This document shows, one piece after another, positions 55,258 to 64,000 of a DNA stretch of 64,000 nucleotides. Under the pieces are notes generated by a model. The model saw only the letters and a program-made list of their open reading frames with translations. It did no database searches and was not told where the DNA came from. Each line of letters starts with the position of its first letter. The stretch's first letter is position 1. Source of the stretch: Eledone cirrhosa (Eukaryota); contig OZ024741.1 of the NCBI GenBank assembly GCA_964016885.1, forward strand, positions 259,656,001 to 259,720,000, written 5' to 3'. The translations under genes and the position numbers were made by a program.

Positions 55258-55443
55258 CGTAAGTCGAAACACTCGTAAGTCAGAACACTCGTAAGTCAGA
55301 ACACTCTTAAGTCAGAACACTCGTATCGAAACACGTATGTCAAAACACCCGTAAGTCAAAACACTCGTAAGTCGAAACACTCGTAAGTCGAAACACTCGT
55401 AAGCCGAAACAATCGTAAGTCAAAACACTCGTAAGTCGAAACA

Positions 55444-55733
55444 CTCGTAAGCCGAAAATACTCGTAAGTCGGAACACCCGTAAGCCGAAACCCTCGTAGG
55501 TCGGAACACTCGTAAGTCGAAACACTCGTAAGTCGAAACACCCGTAAGTCGAAACACTCGTAAGTCGAAACACCCGTAAGTCGAAACACTCGTAAGCCGA
55601 AAATACTCGTAAGTCGGAACACCCGTAAGCCGAAACCCTCGTAGGTCGGAACACTCGTAAGTCGAAACACTCGTAAGTCGAAACACCCGTAAGTCGAAAC
55701 ACTCGTAAGTCGAAACACCCGTAAGTCGAAACA
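55444..55733. repeat. Second HOR copy of the 145-bp tandem duplication
   Basis: Same doubled GAAAATACT..CCCTCGTAGG block, +8483 from the 46961 copy. Ends approximate. Confidence 0.85.
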
Positions 55734-56516
55734 TCCGTAAGTCAAAACACTCGTATGTCGAAACACTCGTAAGCCGAAACACTCGTAAGTCGGAACACTC
55801 GCAAGTCAGAACACTCGTAAGTCAGAACACTCGTAAGTCGAAACACTCGTAAGTCGAAACACCCGTAAGTCGAAACGCCCGTAAGTCAAAACACTCGTAT
55901 GTCGAAACACTCGCAAGCCGAAAAACCGTAAGTCAAAACACTCGTAAGTCGAAACACTCGTAAATCGAAACACTCGTAAGCCGAAACACTCGTAAGCGAA
56001 AACATTCGTTAGTCGAAACACTCGTAACCCGAAACACTCGTAAGTCGAAACACTCGAAAGCCGAAACACTCGTAAGTCGAAACACTCATAAGCCGAAACA
56101 CTCGTAAGTCGGAACACTCGTAAGTCAGAACACCCGTAAATCAGAACACTCGTAGTCAGAACACTCGTAAGTCGAAACACTCGTAAGCCGAAACACTCGC
56201 AAGTCGAAGCACTCGTAATCCGAAACACTCTTAAGTCGAAACACTCGTAAGTCGGAACACTCGTAAGTCAGAACACTCGTAAGTCAGAACACTCGTAAGT
56301 CGAAACACTCGTAAGCCGAAACATCCGTAAGTCAAAACATCCGTAAGTCAAAACATTCGTAAGTCGAAACACCCGTAGTCGAAACACTCGCAAGTCGAAA
56401 CACTCGTAAGTCGAAACACGCGTAAGTCGAAACACATGTAAGTCAAAACACTCGTAAGTCAAAACACTCGTAAGCCGAAACACTCGTAAGTCGAAACACT
56501 CGTAAGTCGAAACACT

Positions 56517-56599
56517 CGTAAAGCGAAACGTATAAATAAATATTAATGTAATGAATTTGAAAAGCATAGAGATTTGAAACCGCGTCTATTTGTTATTTT
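56517..56599. repeat. 83-bp cassette, type B2
   Basis: Same sequence as 15132-15214. Confidence 0.95.
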
Positions 56600-59500
56600 C
56601 GTAAGTCGAAACACTCGTAAGCCGAAACACTCGTGAGCCGAAACACTCGTAAGTCGGAACACTCGTAAGTCAGAACACTCGTAAGTCAGAACACTCGTAA
56701 GTTAGAACACTCGTAAGTCAGAACACTCGTAAGTCAGAACACTCGTAAGTCGAAACACTCGTATCGAAACACTCGTATGTCAAAACACCCGTAAGTCAAA
56801 ACACTCGTAAGTCGAAACACTCGTAAGTCGAAACACTCGTAAGCCGAAACACTCGTAAGCCGAAACACTCGTAAGCCGAAACACTCGTAAGTCGGAACAC
56901 TCGTAAGTCAGAACACTCATAAGTCAGAACACTTGTAAGTCAGAACACTCGTAAGTCGAAACACTCGTAAGCCGAAACACCGTAAGTCGAAACACCCGTA
57001 TGTCGAAACACTCGTAAGCCGAAACACTCTTAAGTCGAAACACTCATAAGCCGAAACACTCGTAAGTCGGAACACTCGTAAATCAGAACACCCGCAAGTC
57101 AGAACACTCGTAAATCAGAACACTCTTAAGTCGAAACTTACGTACGCCGAAACAATCGTAAGTCGAAACACTCGTAAGTCGAAACATCCTTAAGTCGAAA
57201 CACTCGTACACCGAAACACTCGTAAGTATAAACATTAGTAAGTCGAAACACTCGTATGTCGAAACACTCGTAAACCGAAACACTCGTAAGTCGGAACACT
57301 CGTAAGTCAGAACACTCGTAAGTCAGAACACTCGTAAGTCGAAACACTCATAAGTCGAAACACCCGTAAGTCGAAACACTCGTAAGTCGAAACACCCATA
57401 AGCCGAAACACTCGTAAGCCAAAACATTCGTAAGTCGAAACACTCGTAAACCGAAACACTCGTAAGCCAAAACATTCGTATGTCGAAACACTCGTAAGTC
57501 GAAACACCCATAGCCGAAACACTTGTAAGTCTGAACACACGTAAGTCAGAACACCCGTAAGTCAGAACACTCGTAAGTCAGAACACTCGTAAGTCAGAAC
57601 ACTCGTAAGTCAGAACACTCGTAAGTCAGAGCACTCGTATCGAAACACTCGTATGTCAAAACACCCGTAAGTCAAAACACTCGTAAGTCGAAACACTCGT
57701 AAGCCGAAACACCGTAAGCCAAAACACTCGTAAGTCGAAACACCCCTAAGTCGGAACACTCGTAAGTCGAAACACTCGTAAGTCGAAACACTCGTAAGCC
57801 GAAACACTCGTAAGCCGAAACACTCGTAAGTCGGAACACTCGTAAGTCGGAACACTCGTAAGTCAGAACACTCGTAAGTCAGAACACTCGTAAGTCAGAA
57901 CACTCGTAAGTCAGAACACTCGTAAGTCGAAACACTCGTATCGAAACACTCGTATGTCAAAACACCCGTAAGTCAAAACACTCGTAAGTCGAAACACTCG
58001 TAAGTCGAAACATTCGTAAGTCGAAACATCCGTAAATCAGAACACTCTTAAGTCGAAACACTCGTAAGTCGAAACACTCGTAAGCCGAAACACTCGTAAG
58101 TCGAAGTACTCGTATCGAAACACTCGTAAGTCGAAACACCCTTAAGTCAAAACACTCGTAAGCCAAAACACTCGTAAGTCGAAACACTCGTAAGTCGGAA
58201 CACTCGTATGTCAGAACACTCGTAAGTCAGAACACTCGTAAGTGGAAACACGCGTAAGTCGAAACACTCATAAGTCGAAACACTCGTAAGTCGAAACACC
58301 CGTAAGTCGAAACACCCGTAAGTCGAAACACTCGTATGTCGAATAACTCGTAAGCCGAAACACCGTAAGTCAAAACACTCGTAAGTCGAAACACTCGTAA
58401 GTCGAAACACCCATAAGCCGAAACACTCGTAAGCCAAAACATTCGTAAGTCGAAACACTCGTAAACCGAAACACTCGTAAGCCAAAACATTCGTAAGTCG
58501 AAACACTCGTAAGTCGAAACACCCATAGCCGAAACACTCGTAAGTCTGAACACACGTAAGTCAGAACAGCCGTAAGTCAGAACACTCGTAAGTCAGAACA
58601 CTCGTAAGTCAGAGCACTCGTATCGAAACACTCGTATGTCAAAACACCCGTAAGTCAAAACACTCGTAAGTCGAAACACTCGTAAGTCGAAACACTCGTA
58701 TGTCGAAACATCCGTAAATCAGAACACTCGTAAGTCGAAACACTCGTAAGTCGAAACACTCGTAAGCCGAAACACTCGTAAGTCGAAGCACTCGTATCGA
58801 AACACTCGTAAGTCGAAACACCCTTAAGTCAAAACACTCGTAAGCCAAAACACTCGTAAGTCGAAACACTCGTAAGTCGGAACACTCGTAAGTCAGAACA
58901 CTCGTAAGTCAGAACACTCGTAAGTGGAAACACGCGTAAGTCGAAAGACCCGTAAGTCAAAAATCTCGTAAGTCAAAACACTCGTAAGCCGAAACACTCG
59001 TAAGTCGAAACACTCGTAAGTCGAAACACCCGTAAGTCGGAACACTCGTAAGTCAGAATACTCGTAAGTCAAAACACTCGTAAACCGGAACACCCGTAAG
59101 GCAAAACATTCGCATGTCAAAACACTCGTAAGTCGAAACACTCGTAAGCCGAAACACTCGTAAGTCGAAACACTCGTAAGTCGAAACACTCGTAAGTCGA
59201 AACACTCGTAAGTCAGTGCACCCGTAAGTCAGAACACTCGTAGTCAGAATACTCGTAAGTCGAAACACTCGTATGTCGAAACACCAGTAAGTCGAAACAT
59301 CCGTAAGTCAAAACACTCGTATGTCGAAACACTCGTAAGCCGAAACACTCATAAGTCGAAACACTCGTAAGCCGAAACACCCGTAAGTCAAAACATTCGT
59401 AAGTCAAAACACTCGTAAGTCGAAACACCCGTAAGTCAAAACACTCGTATGTCGAAACACTCGTAAGCCGAAACAACGTAAGTAAAAACACTCGTAAGTC

Positions 59501-62500
59501 GAAACACCCATAAGTCGAAACACTCGTAAGCCGAAACACTCGTAAGTCGAAACACTCATAAGCCGAAACACTCGTAAGTCGGAACACTCGTAAATCAGAA
59601 CACCCGCAAGTCAGAACACTCGTAAATCAGAACACTCTTAAGTCGAAACTCACGTACGCTGAAACACTCGTAAGTCGAAACACTCGTAAGTCGAAACATC
59701 CTTAAGTCGAAACACTCGTACACCGAAACACTCGTAAGTATAAACATTAGTAAGTCGAAACACTCGTAAGCCGAAACACTCGTAAGTCGAAACACCCGTA
59801 AATCGAAACACCCCTAAGTCAAAACACTCGTATGTCGAAACACTCGTAAACCGAAACACTCGTAAGTCGGAACACTCGTAAGTCAGAACACTCGTAAGTC
59901 AGAACACTCGTAAGTCGAAACACTCATAAGTCGAAACACTCGTAAGTCGAAACACCCGTAAGTCGAAACCCCCGTAAGTCGAAACACTCGTATGTCGAAT
60001 AACTCGTAAGCTGAAACACCGTAAGTCAAAACACTCGTAAGTCAAAACACTCGTAAGTCGAAACACCCATAAGCCGAAACACTCGTAAGCCAAAACATTC
60101 GTAAGTCGAAACACTCGTAAACCGAAACACTCGTAAGCCAAAACATTCGTAAGTCGAAACACTCGTAAGTCGAAACACCCATAGCCGAAACACTCGTAAG
60201 TCGGAACACACGTAAGTCAGAACACCCGTAAGTCAGAACACTCGTAAGTCAGAACACTCGTAAGTCAGAGCACTCGTATCGAAACACTCGTATGTCAAAA
60301 CACCCGTAAGTCAAAACACTCGTAAGTCGAAACACTCGTAAGCCGAAACACCGTAAGCCAAAACACTCGTAAGTCGAAACACCCGTAAGTCGGAACACTC
60401 GTAAGTCGAAACACTCGTAAGTCGAAACACTCGTAAGCCGAAACACTCGTAAGCCGAAACACTCGTAAGTCGGAACACTCGTAAGTCGGAACACTCGTAA
60501 GTCAGAACACTCGTAAGTCAGAACACTCGTAAGTCAGAACACTCGTAAGTCAGAATACTCGTAAGTCGAAACACCCGTAAGTCGAAACACCCGTAAGTCG
60601 AAACACTCGTATGTCGAATAACTCGTAAGCCGAAACACCGTAAGTCAAAACACTCGTAAGTCGAAACACTCGTAAGTCGAAACACCCATAAGCCGAAACA
60701 CTCGTAAGCCAAAACATTCGTAAGTCGAAACACTCGTAAACCGAAACACTCGTAAGCCAAAACATTCGTAAGTCGAAACACTCGTAAGTCGAAACACCCA
60801 TAGCCGAAACACTTGTAAGTCTGAACACACGTAAGTCAGAACACCCGTAAGTCAGAACACTCGTAAGTCAGAACACTCGTAAGTCAGAACACTCGTAAGT
60901 CAGAGCACTCGTATCGAAACACTCGTATGTCAAAACACCCGTAAGTCAAAACACTCGTAAGTCGAAACACTCGTAAGCCGAAACACCGTAAGCCAAAACA
61001 CTCGTAAGTCGAAACACCCGTAAGTCGGAACACTCGTAAGTCGAAACACTCGTAAGTCGAAACACTCGTAAGCCGAAACACTCGTAAGCCGAAACACTCT
61101 TAAGTCGGAACACTCGTAAGTCGGAACACTCGTAAGTCAGAACACTCGTAAGTCAGAACACTCGTAAGTCAGAACACTCGTAAGTCAGAACACTCGTAAG
61201 TCGAAACACTCGTATCGAAACACTCGTATGTCAAAACACCAGTAAGTCGAAACACTCGTATCGAAACACTCGTATGTCAAAACACCAGTAAGTCAAAACA
61301 CTCGTAAGCCGAAACACCGTAAGTCGAAACACCCGTATGTCGAAACACTCGTAAGCCGAAACACTCGTAAGTCGAAACACTCGTAGTCGAAACACTCGTA
61401 AGTCGAAACACCCGTAAGTCGAAACACTCGTAAGTCGAAACACTCGTAAGCCGAAACACTCGTAAGTCGAAACACTCATAAGCCGAAACACTCGTAAGTC
61501 GAAACACTCGTAAGTCAGAACACTCGTAGTCAGAACACTCGTAAGTCAAACCACTCGTAAGCCGAAACACTCGTAAGTCGAAACACTCGTAAGTCGAAAC
61601 ACTCGTAAGTCGAAAAACTCGTAAGCCGGAACACTCGTAAGTCAGAACACTCGTAAGTCAGAACACTCGTAAGTCGAAACACTCGTAAGCCGAAACACCC
61701 GTAAGTCGAAACATTCGTAAGTCGAAACACCCGTAAGTCGAAACACTCGTAAGTCGAAACACTCGTAAGTCGAAACACCGTAAGTCAAAACACTCGTATG
61801 TCGAAACATCCGTAAATCAGAACACTCCTAAGTCAAAACACTCGTAAGTCGAAACACTCGTAAGTCAAAAATACTCGTAAGTCGAAACACCCTTAAGTAA
61901 AAACACTCGTAAGTCGAAACACTCGTAAGCCGAAACACCCGTCAGTTAAAACACCCGTAAGTCGAAACACTCGTAAGTCAAAACTCTCGTACGCCGAAAC
62001 ACTCGTAAGTAAAAACATTAGTAAGTCGAAACACTCGTAAGCCGAAACACTCATAAGTCGAAACACTCGTAAGCCGAAACACCCGTAAGTCAAAACATTC
62101 GTAAGTCAAAACACTCGTAAGTCGAAACACCCGTAAGTCGAAACACTCGTATGTCGAAACACTCGTAAGCCGAAACACCGTAAGTAAAAACACTCGTAAG
62201 TCTAAACACCCACAAGTCGAAACACTCGTAAGCCGAAACACTCGTAAGTCGAAACACTCATAAGCCGAAACACTCGTAAGTCGGAACACTCGTAAATCAG
62301 AACACCCGCAAGTCAGAACACTCGTAAATCAGAACACTCTTAAGTCGAAACTCACGTACGCCGAAACACTCGTAAGTCGAAACACTCGTAAGTCGAAACA
62401 TCTTTAAGTCGAAACACTCGTACACCGAAACACTCGTAAGTATAAACATTAGTAAGTCGAAACACTCGTATGTCGAAACACTCGTAAACCGAAACACTCG

Positions 62501-63641
62501 TAAGTCGGAACACTCGTAAGTCAGAACACTCGTAAGTCAGAACACTCGTAAGTCGAAACACTCATAAGTCGAAACACTCGTAAGTCGAAACACCCGTAAG
62601 TCGAAACACCCGTAAGTCGAAACACTCGTATGTCGAATAACTCGTAAGCCGAAACACCGTAAGTCAAAACACTCGTAAGTCGAAACACTCGTAAGTCGAA
62701 ACACCCATAAGCCGAAACATTCGTAAGCCAAAACATTCGTAAGTCGAAACACTCGTAAACCGAAACACTCGTAAGCCAAAACATTCGTAAGTCGAAACAC
62801 TCGTAAGTCGAAACACCCATAGCCGAAACACTTGTAAGTCTGAACACACGTAAGTCAGAACACCCGTAAGTCAGAACACTCGTAAGTCAGAACACTCGTA
62901 AGTCAGAACACTCGTAAGTCAGAGCACTCGTATCGAAACACTCGTATGTCAAAACACCCGTAAGTCAAAACACTCGTAAGTCGAAACACTCGTAAGCCGA
63001 AACACCGTAAGCCAAAACACTCGTAAGTCGAAACATCCGTAAGTCGGAACACTCGTAAGTCGAAACACTCGTAAGTCGAAACACTCGTAAGCCGAAACAC
63101 TCGTAAGCCGAAACACTCGTAAGTCGGAACACTCGTAAGTCGGAACACTCGTAAGTCAGAACACTCGTAAGTCAGAACACTCGTAAGTCAGAACACTCGT
63201 AAGTCAGAACACTCGTAAGTCGAAACACTCGTATCGAAACACTCGTATGTCAAAACACCCGTAAGTCAAAACACTCGTAAGTCGAAACACTCGTAAGTCG
63301 AAACACTCGTATGTCGAAACATCCGTAAATCAGAACACTCGTAAGTCGAAACACTCGTAAGTCGAAACACTCGTAAGCCGAAACACTCGTAAGTCGAAGC
63401 ACTCGTATCGAAACACTCGTAAGTCGAAACACCCTTAAGTCAAAACACTCGTAAGCCAAAACACTCGTAAGTCGAAACACTCGTAAGTCGGAACACTCGT
63501 AAGTCAGAACACTCGTAAGTCAGAACACTCGTAAGTGGAAACACGCGTAAGTCGAAAGACCCGTAAGTCAAAAATCTCGTAAGTCAAAACACTCGTAAGC
63601 CGAAACACTCGTAAGTCGAAACACTCGTAAGTCGAAACATT

Positions 63642-63724
63642 CGTAAAGCGAAACGTATAAATAAAGATTAATGTAATGAACTTGAAAAGCATAGATATTT
63701 GAAACCGCGTCTATTTGTTATTTT
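63642..63724. repeat. 83-bp cassette, type A
   Basis: Same sequence as 6055-6137. Confidence 0.95.
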
Positions 63725-64000
63725 CGTAAGTCGAAACACTCGTAAGTCAGAACACTCGTAAGTCAGAACACTCTTAAGTCAGAACACTCGTATCGAAACA
63801 CGTATGTCAAAACACCCGTAAGTCAAAACACTCGTAAGTCGAAACACTCGTAAGTCGAAACACTCGTAAGCCGAAACAATCGTAAGTCAAAACACTCGTA
63901 AGTCGAAACACTCGTAAGCCGAAAATACTCGTAAGTCGGAACACCCGTAAGCCGAAACCCTCGTAGGTCGGAACACTCGTAAGTCGAAACACTCGTAAGT

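Larger units (their letters stand above)
1..64000. repeat. 16-bp tandem satellite array (consensus CGTAAGTCGAAACACT), extends beyond both window ends
   Basis: The monomer repeats head-to-tail from base 1 to 64000. Common variants are ..GCCGAA.., ..GTCAAA.., ..GTCGGA.., ..GTCAGA.., CGTATG.. and ..ACACC, plus 14-, 15- and 17-bp indel monomers. The consensus is 7/16 GC with two CpGs. Confidence 0.99.
38248..64000. repeat. 8,483-bp higher-order repeat, about 3 tandem copies
   Basis: Equivalent positions 41927/50410/58893 and 48600/57083 differ by exactly 8483. 40149/48600 differ by 8451 and 55225/63692 by 8467, i.e. whole-monomer indels. Left boundary approximate. Confidence 0.93.

Noticed and set aside
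54-63992. Hundreds of minus-strand ORFs encoding LRVFRLTSVSTYECFD-like peptides
   Set aside because: The 16-bp consensus has no minus-strand stop codon, so all three frames give the same 16-aa (48-bp) periodic peptide. ORFs end where GTCA variants create TGA, they overlap in several frames, and frequent 14-, 15- and 17-bp monomers break the frame.
1-64000. CRISPR array, with the cassette as leader or spacer
   Set aside because: Repeats are directly adjacent with no unique spacers, the cassettes are near-identical to each other, and there are no cas genes.
1-64000. Telomeric repeat tract
   Set aside because: There is no G-rich strand or match to a telomere motif I know. Multi-kb HORs of variant monomers point to recombinational amplification rather than telomerase templating.

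Overview
The whole 64 kb window is one head-to-tail tandem satellite array of a 16-bp monomer, consensus CGTAAGTCGAAACACT (minus strand AGTGTTTCGACTTACG), roughly 3,800-3,900 copies, with no inversion seen. It most likely comes from eukaryotic heterochromatin or a centromere; the organism cannot be determined from the sequence. I find no credible gene, RNA gene or CRISPR array, and all listed ORFs are by-products of a stop-free minus-strand repeat. The array is highly structured. (1) Variant monomers follow a conserved order. (2) An 83-bp AT-rich non-satellite cassette interrupts it 30 times, in three sequence types. (3) There are two nested higher-order repeats (HORs): an ~11.2-kb HOR (about 3 copies, ~5.6-38 kb, built from 2.07- and ~4.5-kb subunits) lying inside an 8,483-bp HOR (about 3 copies at ~38-64 kb plus a partial copy at 1-5.1 kb). 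Shared single-base variants allow the latest duplications to be located. The monomer resembles pogo/Tigger-type subterminal binding repeats and, more loosely, a shortened CENP-B box; both are inferences that need testing.
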